From: Callorhinchus milii
Taxonomy: Eukaryota
Length of the DNA stretch: 64,000 bases
Assembly: GCF_018977255.1 (NCBI RefSeq)
Contig: NW_024704742.1
Location: 18,912,001 to 18,976,000, forward strand
Reading direction: 5' to 3'
Made by a program: the position numbers and the translations under genes. Positions 12,284-26,440 of the stretch are shown one piece after another (the stretch's first letter is position 1; the number at the start of each line of letters is the position of its first letter). The notes beneath the pieces are model-generated. The model was not told where the DNA came from. It did not search any database and was given only the letters and a program-made list of their open reading frames with translations.

Positions 12284-13269
12284 TCTGCAATCATATTGCC
12301 TTCCTGCTACCACACGCTCAGCGTTTTACTACATCGTAACCTTATAAAATTCCTTAATTTCTTAACCGTTTGCGTTGGTCGGGTGATATTTTAACCTACA
12401 AAGCCATTAAAAGAAAATTGTTTACTGGTTCTTGCTGTGATTTCCAATGATTATGAATGAAAAGAAGTTCAATTTGTTGTACAGGAGATTTTATCCCTCC
12501 TCTCCCTCGCTCCCCCCACCCTCGCACTCGCTAACAGGCAGGATTTGGATCACAGAAAGCTTGGTTTTAAACTGCTGCTGCTGGGCATTCAAAGGCGGGG
12601 AAGTTGTGTCTATCTATCAATGTCAGTGCAAGCAATGCATAACATTGCTGGTCACCACGATGCTTCCAACCTTTTAATAGTCAGCAGCGAGCATTAAGAA
12701 CTAAGCCTCCCTCCATACTCCAAGTGCTATTTCAGCAATTAAACCTCAAACCCTTCCAACATGTGTACCAGCTGCAGATTTAGTACATTACCCATACAGT
12801 ATTTAATAATATTTAATAATAATAATCCTTGCATTTGATATAGTGCCATATCTCGTCATTGAGATGTCTCAAAGTGCTTCACAGAATATACTGTAAAGTG
12901 GATTGATTGTATTTTGTGGGTCCAATTACTTACAGCATATACAGTACATTACTTCTATGAGCTATTTGTATGACAGAGCAGTACTATGGACTATGTAACA
13001 CATGTGACTATGGACTGCCTAAGCCAGGCAAAACCTGAACACACAAGTAGACAGACTTGGCTTATGAATCAAGTGTTTCTTAACACAAAGGGTAGCCTCA
13101 ACGTCTCTCACGGGCAGACAAGACTCACTGTCTTCAGCAGACCTGGATGGGTGAAGGCACCTGGGTTTGATGATCAGTGTCCTGTAATACCTCTTATAAC
13201 TCAATTACTCGCAGTCCCTTTTTTCTCAGGAACGGTTCTCAACAGCTGCAGCAACTTACCCACAACAAC

Positions 13270-13560
13270 CTTCATTTAGGAAGTGAATGACCAATTTTTA
13301 TTTGGGAATTGTTGGCCAGGACATAGGGAAAACCCCCTTCTCTTTTCAAACAGTGTTATGGGATCTTAAACGTCCACCTGAACAGGCAGACAGGATCTCA
13401 GTTTAACTTCTCATCTGAAGGAATGCACCTCCGAAAATGCAACACATCCCAGCACTGCATTGGAATTTCAGATTAGACAGTATGATTCAAGTCTCGATGT
13501 GGGGTTTGAACTCACAATCTTCTGACTCGGAAGCAAGAGTGTTACCACTGAGCCAGGATG
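13270..13560 (-). mobile_element. Deu-domain SINE
   Basis: atgggatcttaaacgtccacctgaacaggcagacaggatctcagtttaac is the reverse complement of the Deu core; tRNA-head remnant at about 13500-13555. Confidence 0.82.
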
Positions 13561-13734
13561 TGTGTCAGGCTTTGTTTCAGCCTGGCTCAGTGATAACACT
13601 CCCAGTAGCAAACCTCAAAATAAAGCTCTCTCCACTTTACTCCATCATTGCCTCATTAGGTTACTGCATCAATGTGATATTTCAATTTCACACATCTTCT
13701 AGTCATTCTGAATGTGATTGACAATTTTATTTCC

Positions 13735-13885
13735 ACACCAACTCAAAATTGGGTTGAGACAATCCAAACTCATTTCACATAGGATATTTCCAGCCAGCAG
13801 GCAAAGACTTTGATTTCATCATTCATCATCAATCTGCCTGGATTCAAACTTCGTCCCCTGACATGAAAAGACAGTGTGACCCACA
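13735..13885 (-). mobile_element. LF-SINE-like fragment
   Basis: The minus strand has gtttgaatccaggcag (B-box-like) and cctatgtgaaatgagtttggattgtctcaacccaatt, resembling the LF-SINE core as I recall it. Confidence 0.6.
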
Positions 13886-15429
13886 TCTCCCAAGACTATC
13901 GGTCTTTTGGTGCAATACGTCTCCATTCCTGACTTAGTTGAAAACATCATAATATTAAAATAATAATCTTTGCATTATAAGAGCTACAGAGCTACTTTAT
14001 ACAGAAAATATTTTTTCATTTTTTCCGTCAAAATGCCAAGATTCCTGTAATGATGGTGAAATCTATCTATTTTTAGAATGTTTATTCAAATATAACAAAA
14101 GAGCTTCTCATTACAGATGAATATCATATTTAGATTACTTTGTCAAGGTTGTATCTAATTCCATACTTTTCAAATGTTATGCCCAGTATATACTGTACTG
14201 TAGTTACTCAAATTATCCATATTAAATTGATGAATCAGATGAGATAAGCATCTTGGTATTGTTTTTCCTGAACTAAACTAACTCCACTTTGATCTTATAT
14301 TGAATGAGTAGACATATGCTGTATTAACAAAGTCTAACCATAAACAAAGCACGTGACCCGAAATATAATCCACGTGGGGCGGGGGCTGTGCAGTGGAGGT
14401 GGAGGGGATCAAACCTTCTTTATTTGAAATGTTAAAAGCATAGAGCGTCATTTTTAAATTAACATTAAAACCGTCTGCTGGCATTCTCCTTATTTTTAAA
14501 ATAAATTTATCATGTCTGGCACAGAAGATAGCTAAGGCAATAAGACGTCAAGAGCAAATTGGGCTTATTCAATCCAAACAGTTCAACATTGCCCAGTGAA
14601 GCATGTGTGGGTACACCTCATTCTTGCTGAAGCTATTACCATCAAAGGGAGTCTGCTAAAGACACAATTCTAGGAAACTAAAGTGCTCTATCCATCAGTC
14701 TGAAATGGACTGTAAATCAGACCCCAAACTAAGTCACATCATGCTCATTGCTTCCAAATGCAAGCACTTTCTCTCCCTAGAATACTGCATTTTCATAACC
14801 GTGAACTTCTGAACTCCTTTATTGCAATATGCCCTGATACTGTGATACATGCTGTTGAGAAAGCTAAGCAAAGTCCATTGAAAAGTTGATGCAAAATGAG
14901 TGCACTCTCGGTCTGGCTGCTCTCCAATAGCTGACAGACACACTGCAGATTTTCAGAAATTGCAAAGTAATTTTCCTCACAGCGGTAGGCTCCAACAACA
15001 GCTCCTTCCACCATCTTTCCAGACTTATGTGTCACCTATTGGCAGCTAGTGTGAAAAGATGACAAGTTTTTTTTAATCATAGCTCACACCATTCAAGATG
15101 ATCATTGTCCTTCCTTTCACTATTCTGTCACATTTCAGGAAAAAAGGTCTGATGAGGGTAATTTTGCAGCTGATTTATGGCCGCCAGTCTGCCAGCTCAC
15201 TCATATCTTGTCAAAGCAAGTTAGAAAATACCAGATTGGTTATCAAAAAGAAAAAGTTATAAAAACTTTTTCAGTTGAGCATCTGCAACTAATCTGCTTC
15301 AAAGATATTTTTCCCTGGACTGCTGCATTTGATAAGCAATGTAGACATAGCTCCCTTGAAGAGTAGGTGATGCAGAACCACACATCAGAGCATAACAATG
15401 GTAGTGCATAATGCTCTTTTCACCTCATG

Positions 15430-15835
15430 GATCCAACGGATCGACTTCGAGATCCTCACTGTTGTGTTCAAATCCCTTCACTCCTTAGCACTTCCCTACC
15501 TCTATGACCTCCTCACTCCCCAATCTACCACCCGGCATCTCCACTCAACCGGCACCCACCTCCTATTTGTTCCTCGCGCTCTCCGCTGCACCATTGGAGG
15601 TCGCGCATTCAGCCACTGCTTCCCGAAACTCTGGAACACTCTCCCTCAATCCCTCCGCCTTGCCACCTCTCTCTCTCTTTTCAAGTCTCACCTCAAAACC
15701 TTCCTTTTCGACCATGCTTATGGTCACCTCCCCACCCCCTGGCTCAGAGTCAGGCTCCACCACTGTTATGCCCTCTGAGACGCTATCCTGCGTGGAGGGT
15801 GCTACATAAGTGCAAGTTATTGCTGTTGTTGCTGT
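15430..15835 (+). mobile_element. L2 LINE 3' fragment
   Basis: ORF RIDFEILTVVFKSLH...GGRAFSHCFPKLWNTLPQSLR...FKSHLKTFLF, followed by a (GTT)n-like tail. Confidence 0.9.
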
Positions 15836-16502
15836 TTGTAAGACATAGCTGTGCGCAGATTGGCTGCTGCATTCACTTACAGATACACAGTCATTACAGG
15901 TCAGAGTAAATCCTATAAACTGTCTTGAGATCCTTCTAATCATGGGAATGCTTTCTAACAGCGCATCAAAGGTCAAATCCCTTAATTAACTAAATTACCT
16001 TCAATATATGGTGCTTTGAACATTATAGTATGTTTGCCTACAAATACGCAATCGCTATCCTTTACAATGAATCTTGTGAAGCACTTGGAGAAGTTTCAAC
16101 AACATAATAAGGCACTATATTAAATGCAAGAATTATTATTTTTGTTTTAGGAGTCAAATAGGCACAATTTGGACCACACTATTTCTACTTTGAGTAACTA
16201 AAGTAACTTTGGAATGCACAGGATAGTTTTAGCTGATATCAGTGCCTACAAATATACTGATAATTGTTGAAATTAGAATAAGAGGCTTAAGAACTTCAAG
16301 GATTTTGTTAGTGTGCCAGACAAACATCATGCAGTAATGTCAGTGTGGGCATTTAAGGTTTCACTCTTGTGTGATAATAGATTTTTTTCCAATTTTCCAA
16401 TTTTAGCCATAAATGCCACCAGTATTCTGGCCAACAGTTTTATCCTCCAGATAAAATGGGTCATTCACTCCATGACATGTTTGTGAGACATGTTGTGCTG
16501 TT

Positions 16503-16860
16503 AGAATCATAGAATTAACATTGCAGAAGAAACCCATTCAGTCCATTGAGTCTGCACCAGCTCTCAGTGCAAACTGTTCTTTCAATCCTACTGCCTTGTC
16601 CTATCTCTATTCTGCGTCAAAACTGTAACCTTCATATCTCCATCTACTTTCCTCTTCAAACTCACAATGGACTCTACCTCCACCACCTTACTTTGGCAGA
16701 GCATTCCACATCCCAACAACTCTGTATGAAACAAAGTCTCCTAGCTCCCTTTCATTCTTCCTGTGATTATTTTATACCTATGTCCTTCAGTCACTGACTC
16801 CCTTACCAGTGGAAATAAATTCTCCTTATTCACCCTGTCAAAACTTCTCATAATTTTGTT
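16503..16860 (-). mobile_element. Degenerate CR1 3' fragment
   Basis: Begins with the (AGAATCAT)n tail and resembles 26153-26440 and 58840-59200. Confidence 0.7.
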
Positions 16861-19800
16861 CTCTGACTATCTTTAAAATGGACTGAAAATGTTGATGCTG
16901 TTTGATTTTCCAAAATAAATTTCAAAATAAACTTCAAATTTTCACTGAAGTTGTCCATACTTTTTCATTAAATTTGTCCCCTTAATTTAAAAGCATATTT
17001 TTTCATTCAAAATATCTAATTTTTTATTTTGTATATAAAAATGACTTCAGTAGTGCTTAAGGAACCCCCTTCATTTGACACATATGTTTCCTACTTATTT
17101 AGGGTCTAAAATGCAGCATTCTAACTCGATTTCTTAACGGGGACTCCTCGTGGTAACTGGAGGTACACCACAGCGAACCCACAGAAGCATTATCAAAGCA
17201 ATGCAGACTTAAAGAATACTTGCTATCAGCAATCTCATGAAAATGAAAAAGCAACGATGAGGAAATATCCAGTGTATGAAGCTGTTTAATGCACCACAAC
17301 CTCTATCACAGGGGAGTGAAGGCAGAATGAAGGATTGTTTATAGGTTCTCACTAAATGGGGGGAGAAAGAAGGATTGTTTATTGATTCTTCACTAATATT
17401 AAATACCATAAAACAACCTTTGCTGGTTGTAGCCTATAAAATACCTAGTCATTACACTTTACAATAAAATCGTGAAGCACTTTAATTATAATAATCCTTA
17501 CATTTGGAATAGTGCCTTTCACGGCAGGAGGGTGTCTCAAAATGCTTCACATGGTATATTGTAAAGTGTAGGGAATGTGCCCTTTGTTGGCCAATATGAC
17601 AGCCAAATTGAACACAGCGATGTTCCACAAACAACCATAGAATGAGTGACCAATTTTATTTGTGGAATTGTTGGCCATGACACTGGTAGAAAAACTCTTC
17701 TCTTTTTGAATAGTGCTGTGGGAACTTTAATGTCATCTAAATAGGCAAAAGGGGCCTCAGTTCCAAAAGACAGCTTTGAGGTGTCCTCCCAAAGTGAAAG
17801 GTGCTGTAACAAATGCAAGGATCATTATTTTCTGATTTATAGCATGATGATCACTTACATTTGAATATGGCTTTCAAGGACTACATTAAGCCTTGATTTT
17901 ACTTTATCTTCTCAGACTCCCTGAGAAAAAAAATACTCTCTTCTCCAAATACATCAGAAGTACCCCATAGTTACAGTGTACCAGGCTCTCCAAATGCATC
18001 ATTCCCACCTCATTTATATAACTTACTTAGACTGTCTTGTGTTGATCACAAAAAGTTTTCACATATAAGGCCCATTCATTCTAATCTGTCATCTTATTAT
18101 CTGAATGAAAACCAGAGCTGCAATTTATAAGAATGAAATCAATCAGGAGTGATGCCTATTAGCTACTGAAATACACTTTGACAATAATACCTGTTTTGGC
18201 TCCAAATGAGTGAGATAAATATGTTAACTGAAATTCCACGGAGCAGCACTAGGCATTAGCTCCAAAATACCAAACTGCTCTGGTCATTTCTAAAGGCATG
18301 TAACAATATATATTGTGGGTAAGATCAGGGTCAATAGACTTAATCACGTTATTCCTTGTTTAGAAACTGATTTAAATTGCAAATGGGACTGTTTCATGTT
18401 TACTTTGAGAAACTTCCAACTCCTTGATATTTTCCGAACCTATGCTGTAATAATTTATATCTGACTCCTGGATCCACTCAGGAGTCTGTGGCTCAATATT
18501 GTCTGTGGCTGGATTTGCTGACCTATTATACTCAAATATCTTTGAGTGCTTCACTTTTAGGTCACTCTGGGTTGTCAGTCATATTGATGTGCCATTCTGT
18601 TTTGCAAATTCCCAGCAGCACACTCTCTCCTTGAAATGAGAGCCTCATATCCCAGCTTCAGTCTTGCATGACTGTACCTTATGCTACCTTGAATTTTATG
18701 AGGTTTCCTGCTGTCACTGCTTAATGAAAGTAATACACAAGCGAGAAAGCCAACTGATAACTTATCAACCCCTCGAATCACAGTCTGTTCAATTCATGAC
18801 CTTCTATTAATATCCCTTTTCTTCTTTAGGCAAGACTAGAAAAATAGTCAAATTCCCTTTGGCGGTGATTGAAGATTTAACAAGTTAATTCTGACACTAT
18901 TGTAGCTTTACTGAAAAAACTCCCAATCTCTTCTCCCTGCACCTGACCTAACTCCCAAACTCTTTGAGACCGCTGATATCCTGCCTTTCTAATTACGGCA
19001 GAGTTGATCTTAAGAACTGATCGTTTGTAATTATTTTGTATAACATTATTTCATGACTGTACTTATATAACACTACTATCATACCCAGATATGATATAAT
19101 TTTTTTATTTAGTATTCAGTGAGATTTGCAGAATGATATATTCTCCGAGCAACTATTTCACCACTATTGCACAAAGCATCAAATCCTAGCCATTACTTGC
19201 AACTGCCTCATGCCCTTGACTTCATCATTACCTAATCCTGACCTCTGAACTTACTTCATTCCCACCCAAGATGAGGTCTTGACCTTGCTCCTTCACCACA
19301 CCTAATCCTTAACCTCTGGACTTCCCAATTTCACAGCTCAACAGTCTGTCCCGTACCTAACTCCTAAACAGTGCTATCGAGATCAGCGTTCCCACATCAT
19401 GGAAATTATTTGTACTTTTACAGGACAAGTAACTTGCTTCAGAAAAGAAAGTAGCAAAGGCTAGTGAGCTGCAGTGAAAGATAGATATGCAATGAGTCTG
19501 ATGTGAATTTAGCAGCTGGTATGTTACAGGGTTTCTGAAACATGCGAGACACAAGCTGTGCAAGGTCCCCAGGGATCCGACTAGACTTCATCACCAGCTT
19601 TTCAAAGAAGGGATTTGATTGTAGAAGTGACACCCATGGGATAAGCTCCACCAGACAGCCTGGAGCAGCTATCCAATTTCTTTACTAATGAGTAAAATAT
19701 CACAACAATTTCCTTGCTTCCATCACTTTGATGATGTGTTTTTGTTATTGTGGCTAAAAGAGGAAAAAAACTACAGGATGTAAAGTGAGATATGTCTACA

Positions 19801-20469
19801 GAGAAATGCTGAAAAATGCCACCTAGTCTTAACCTGAAAGACCATTCTGTCCTAAAATCCTAATTTGTATGAATTATTGAAACTCCTTAGATTTAGTCAT
19901 ATTCGGGAATCATGATTTTTCAAAGTTCTTGAAAGGAACCGACTTCCAAATTAAGATTGCATTTTTCACAATTCTGTGAGATCTTAAATCCGAAGGCAAA
20001 ATGATCTCATAAGTTTAGGTTGAATTTCAGAACTTTGCTCTCTTTTTTATTTGCCTGGTTTTCTCAGTTCAACATGTTCTATGTGTTTCTTGGATTTGAG
20101 GGAGGGAATGGAGTGGGAGGTCCATGCTGTCAAATTGTACCCTTTCTGTGCTGCGTGAAAAACTCCACAGTCTGCCCGTCCCAAATTCCTTAACAGAGCT
20201 ATCAAGATCAGTATTCGCATATCATGGAAATTCTTTATACTTTCACAAGACAAGTGACCTGTTTCAGAAAGGAAAACATTGCGTAATGTATTGCATAACA
20301 TCCACACTCAGCCACAAGATTAATTTTATTTCTAATTAATTGGTATTCTTCCGCAATGTTCATCAGTCACCAGCTAGTAAGGCGGGGAAGCGTTCTGTGA
20401 CTAGATGGCAGGCAATATGCAGAAGCATTCATGATATCTTACCTTAAAATTTATAAATAGTCATAGAGT

Positions 20470-21030
20470 CTCGACTGGCATTGCTATGGTGCACAATGCA
20501 GTGCTGAGTGGTTAAGAGGTACCTTCCTTTGGAGGAGACATTAAACCAAGGTCCTGTCTGCCTGTTCAAGTGGATGATAAAGATCACATGGCACTATTTG
20601 AAAAGAGAAGGGAGTTTCTCCGGGTAACGTGGCCTACAATCCCCCAAATAAAATTGCTAATTCACTTAATGGCTGTTTGTAGGACATTGCTGTGTGAAAA
20701 TTAGTTGCCGTGGTTGCTTACCAAATGCACAGTCACTGCACGTTACAGTATATGCTTTAAAACAACAACAATAAATTACATTTATATAGTGCCTTTCACG
20801 TTAGGAGGACGTCCCAAGGCATTGGACAGTCAGGGATTTGTACCTGAGCTGGAGGTTGGGATCAGGAGGGGTGGAGGGCGGGGAGATTAGGGGTATGAGA
20901 GTGACCGAAAGCGACTGTGGGATGGAGTTTCAAAGGGTGGGGGCCGAGAGGCTGAAGGCTTGACTGTCGATGATTGGGCGAGCAGGGCAGGGGACATGGA
21001 GCAAACCAGAGTCCGCTGAGTGGAGGAATT
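20470..21030. mobile_element. Deu-SINE (+, about 20470-20750) followed by an L2 3' fragment (-, about 20760-21030)
   Basis: Deu core ttaaaccaaggtcctgtctgcctgttcaagtggatg, then an L2 tail aacaacaacaataaattacatttatatagtgcctttcacg. Confidence 0.75.
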
Positions 21031-24000
21031 GGACAGGGTTTGCTTTGAGACTTCCTCCCGACATAACTGTATCAAATATAAGGATTATTATTATAAAATA
21101 TGACACCATCCATGCCCCCTTCGCATCTTCGCTCCACAACAGAGTGGCAGAGTTCTGTGAGGTGAACTTCACTAGCCATTTGTTAGCTACGAAAGGGAAA
21201 CACTCAAAACAATTAATTCTCACTCTGTGTGCTACCACTGACTACGCTTTACTTACAGAATTCACTGCATGCCCCATTATGTATAAACACACTGCCGACA
21301 AATATCAATTTTGCTCCTGAATAAAGCCTTCAGTGTTTATGCAAGCTCAGAGAGTGGCCTCCCACTTCAACATTTCATATCAGAGCAAATTAAATGGAAC
21401 GTGAAAGTACTCTTTGAACTGTAACAATAGCAGTAAGTGGTCTTATACCTGTGTCTGTGAGGAACAAGGAGGAATTGTACCTTCTTGAACTGCTGGGAAA
21501 GTCCTGGCTGTTAACAAATGAATACAAAGGAATTCAGAAACAAGAGAATGTAATTCAGTCCATTGAGCTCACTGCTCCCCAGCCTATTCCATTGACACTC
21601 CTCATTATTACTGCTCCTTCTCTAATCTCACTTCACTGTCTACTCACCATATTTAATAAGCCTACACCTCACATTTGGGTTAAAAATGTGACATTTCCAA
21701 AAGAATTAATGTGATAATCATCCGGTTGTGAAATGTCACATATTTCACCATATAAAGGCCCAAAATGACATGTCGCCTGAGGCCAGTGATAACTATTGAC
21801 TGCTTTTGACCATATTTTATTTTGCCCAATGTGTAGTATTGCATGCCACAATTCTGACTTTGTAGTCATATATGATACATATTGCCAATGGATCACAACG
21901 TCAGTACCTTTCCATAGTAATGCATCACTTGTGCCTGCAAACCACGATTAGGGCCCACAGAGTATGGTTTTACATGGAGATAAGGTGCAACAGAGGCACA
22001 TAAGATTTTAGGGCTGCATTAAGTAAATCCACCAAATTGCCAGTCCTTGACAAGGTGGATCATTCACATTCATCCTTTGGATATATTTCCAGGGATATAC
22101 CTGTCCTTAAAGCTTACAAAGCAATGGTATAATAGCAAAACATACCAGACCTTGCATTCCAGAGCTGCATTATAGAAAGAGACTCAGGCTTGTGACTTGA
22201 GAATCACCCACATTCTTCATCTCATTTATCCACAAGAAAGAGGGAAAAATCAGGGAAAAGGGCTGCTTTTACGCACAATGAAGACTACTACTGACTGTCC
22301 ATGAAAGGGCGAGAAGCGCCTCAATGTCCCCATCAATGGGGTCTAAAGTGTCACATCCACAAACTCCCAGTTACTGCCTTAATTGTGATTTCTGGTTCAC
22401 ATCTGAAATTGCACGAATTGCTAACAAATTCACTTGACAAATTTGCAAACTAAAGTTGTAAACCAGCAATAAGCATTTTGCAGCCAGTGATTTAGTTTCC
22501 CACCTTCGGATCGTACTTTGTGAGCTGCTTCTTGAACAAGAAATGGCCCAAACGTCAGTCACAATCACAAACCTGAGGACACACTTAGCCCAGAAGATTA
22601 CGAATGCTGCATTTTAGACCTTGTGTGCTGACGGGGGCAGATTGCCGGGATATAATCTTTCCATGGGCCATTGTGTCCAGAGAGTCAAACAAGCGAAAAA
22701 GACAGACAGGTTAATTCAAATTTCAAAGGAACTCCCTTTCAAATACCCTAACCCTGCTGTTCACATGAGGTTCAGTCACCTTAGTAAATGTACTGATGTT
22801 TAGGTGCATAAGGTAAGACCAAACTTAAAACTGATACAAAAATGGATTAGTGCCAGATCGGTGGGGTAGAGGTGGGGGGTTGGGGTAGAGGTAGGGGGTT
22901 GGGGTAGTGAATGACTGCCAAGTGATCGGGATGGTATAAATTGTGTGGGTGGAGCTTTACCCTGTAGATTGCACAGGGCTTCTGTAGGAAGGAATTGACC
23001 TTAAGCCTCACTGAGAGGAGCGCTAAGTTGTAATTAAAGCAACAAATGCATTTTTTTCCAAGAACCTTCCTCCTTTCTTTTCCGCCCACTGCTCACCCAT
23101 GCGTCCACATAGTGAACAGCGCCAACCCATTGAACCTCATGTCTTGCAGAGATATGGACTTGAAACACAAGGTAACGTGTAGTTACATAAACTGCAACAT
23201 TTTCTTGGGTCCACGTGGATTACAGGTTGTACAGAATGATTAGTTCTGACTCGCTGACAGTGATGTGGGGCGGAGTGGATGGTGGGGTGCCAAAGGCTGT
23301 GTGTGAGTTTAGTCTTCATGTGTGTGAGTTAAGTCTTCTTCTGTCCCAGCTACTGGTTGTCTCTCCCATTCCATTCTGTTAGTTGGACAAGTAAACCACC
23401 TTACAATCCCAGAGCTAAGGCTTGTGTAAGACTGCACTGTACCGGCAGAAAGAGCTGCTTCAAACCTTTGTTTACCTCCAGTAACTTTTGTTACTGGTTT
23501 CTGTGGACACCAGAAACAGTTAGTCCACTAACCGTTGCTGGTATCTCCACTGACCCAATACATATACAGTTCTGCCAAGTGCCAGCAAATTGCACCCACC
23601 AATATCAAAATACAAACAAACAAAAATGTCCAGGAAATGTAAATAAAAATAGAAACAAAGATAGTTGGTCACACAAAGCAGGAGCATTGCAGAAGAAATG
23701 GAAAGTCCATTTGAATTGTCACAAGTGAATGTACACTTTCCACTGATACACTGAACATCTCTCCCCCCTGCACTCAGATTTTCATAACTCACTTTCACAT
23801 CACAACGCCTGCTCTCCCCCCCAACACACACACTGGAAACATCTGATTTAAATCCATTGCTTTAAGGGAAAGAAAGATAAGTGTCAGCCGCCAACAATGA
23901 GAAGATTGTTTTGAGCGCCCTAAAGCAACAGTATGGAGTGATCATGTTACCACTGGAAAAAAAATCTGCTTCTTGTCTTAAAATCTATACGCGACGGTGC

Positions 24001-24919
24001 AATGTGCAGTCTTGACTCTTGAGCCTCACAGACAATGTTTTAAACAAAGACATTTAGGGTTTGTGTTTGCTATAGAAAGGATCTCGGCGACAGAATCCCT
24101 TCATTCCATTCAACCAGCTTCACAAAATACTAATAAATATGTGTGATCTGAAATTTTTTTTTCAACCGGCCAGAAATAAAAGGAAACATTAACATTGAAG
24201 CTGAAGCTGTTTTACCCAGTCCCCAACAGCAGTAGCACTCCTTTGCTTGCAGTGGGTGGGCTGGGGGTGGTGGCAGCGTTTTGTGTGTCATGTTTGATTA
24301 ATGCTTTCAAATTGCTGAAACGGTCCAGTGGCCCCTAATGCCCTCTCTGAGAGAGAACAAAAGCAGTGTTTCAGGTACAGTGTTTAATCTATCCCTATGG
24401 TTGCACCAAGACATATACAGTACTCTCTGCTCTGTACAGTAGCATTGCTTCACCCTCTTCACTCTCTGTGTAAACAGATCTCTTCCACTCTGGTTTTATG
24501 GTGACTGCCAGATCGATTTCAACAGGTGCACCACACAATGCTCATGTCTAAGTGCTTTAATGATTTAGTAAATATTCTCACAGTCATTCCTTTTATTAAT
24601 GAAAAGCTTTTTGGTTTTTTTGCACAATTAATTCGAGTTTTCCAGAATTTTAAAGAGAAAAGACAGTCCTTCAAGTTGCCAAACTGCATGACCGTCAACA
24701 CATGAGCATGGCTGAGACTTTGTTTTTGGTCTATAGTATGGAGTACAGTTCATCAGTTCGTAGTACTTCAATGACATGGAACACATATATCCAAGGTCTG
24801 ATTAAACCGGCTAGAAATGACTTTTTTTTCCAGATCTCTGGCATTGTCTCACAAAGATTTTATCCAACTTTTGGGTTGCAATTGCAAAATGACTTGCCTA
24901 ATGGTACTTGCTTCCTTAT

Positions 24920-25220
24920 TTCTGGCCTTCGATTGAGACGTTCAATCGAGGGTCCATCTGCCTGTTCATGTGGACATAAATTTCAGATGGAACTATTCAA
25001 AAAGAGAAGGGAGTTTCTCCATGTCCTGGCTAACAATCCCCTCAGATTAAAATAATGGTCATTTCACTTAAGAGCTGTTTGTGGAACATTCCTGTGGGTA
25101 ATTTATCTGCGACACTAGCCTACAAATACAGCCACTATACTTCACAGTAATTCTGAAGACTTTTGATACTTATCTACAAAGTGATAAGGCACTATATCAA
25201 TGCAAGGGTTATGATTATTA
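24920..25220 (+). mobile_element. Deu-domain SINE
   Basis: gagacgttcaatcgagggtccatctgcctgttcatgtggac core plus an L2-like tail. Confidence 0.75.
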
Positions 25221-25357
25221 CTGTACAGTTTTTGTATGCTGTCTTTCCCGCTTTCTGGGCGCTTTTCTACCAGCAGTGTTTTTCAGGAAGTTAATTATTG
25301 TCATCCTCTAACAATACACACCTAGAAGTGCTTGATAATATGTTATTGTGCTTTAAA

Positions 25358-25556
25358 ACAAAACTCAAAATACTGCAGATGCTGGAAATTTGAAATCTCA
25401 AACTGCATTTCACCCACAAATATACAGTCAATTCACTTTACAGTATATTCTGAAGTCCTTTGAGACATCTAGAAGTCTAGAAGATGTGAAAAACGCTACA
25501 TCAAATGCAAGGATTATTATTATTATTTAACTAAAACAGAAGTCGCTGAGAACAAT
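25358..25556 (+). mobile_element. Penelope-type terminal fragment interrupted by a SINE 3' fragment (about 25400-25527)
   Basis: aaaatactgcagatgctggaaatttgaaa ... actaaaacagaagtcgctgagaacaat is collinear with 62188-62242. Confidence 0.65.
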
Positions 25557-26152
25557 GCCATTGTTATGCACTCCAAGATGCTATCCCATATGAAGGGCGC
25601 TGTATATGTGCAAGTTGATGTTATTATTCCAAATCTTTTAATTGCTTAATTTTACTGGTGTACGGTTTCACAGGCGACAGGTGCCTCTGATATCTCACCA
25701 AAGTGGTCATTCTTCACATGAGCCTTCACACAAAGCAGCTCATTCAATATGCGTGGAGGACCGCGGGACACCGCAAAAACACTGTATTTTGTAACACTGT
25801 ATCAACAAATGTTCACACACACGCACACAGTTCCAGTAATGTCTCTGCATAGTGGTCAGAAGCAGGAACCCTGGCTATCCCTAAAGTTCTGAGACCAATT
25901 TTAGCCCTAAACTGCTGCTGCTGCTGAGAACAGGAAACTCAGGAGACCACGATCTGAATCTGCGAATCAGATTTGCCACAATTTTTACAGTAATTTCTCC
26001 ACTTCTAGACTGAAGAGAAATAGTTTCTCCCACCCCATTATTGGCTGTGGAAATTAAAGTTAACCTGGATATTGTCAGCTGATAGGACTTCTTTCCATCT
26101 TCCGGGAAAAAGTTTTTTTTTGTCACTTGGATGTCAGCCAACACCATCGCAT

Positions 26153-26440
26153 TCATAGAATCATAGAATATTACAGCACAGAAGGAGGCCATTTGGCCCA
26201 TCTTTCCTGTGCCAGCTCTCTGGAAGAGCTACCCAATCAGTCACACTCTTGCACACTTTCCCCATATCCTTGCAAATGTTTCCTTCATAAGTCCCTCTCC
26301 AATTCTCTTTTGAAAGTTGTTATTGAATCTGTTTCCACTATCCTTTCATGCAGTGCATTCCAGACTGTAACAACTTTCTACGTAAAGAAAATTCTCCTCA
26401 TCTCTCCTCTAGTTCTTTTGCCAATTATCTTAAATCTATG
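26153..26440 (-). mobile_element. CR1 3' fragment
   Basis: (CATAGAAT)n tail and acagcacagaaggaggccatttggccc. Confidence 0.85.
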
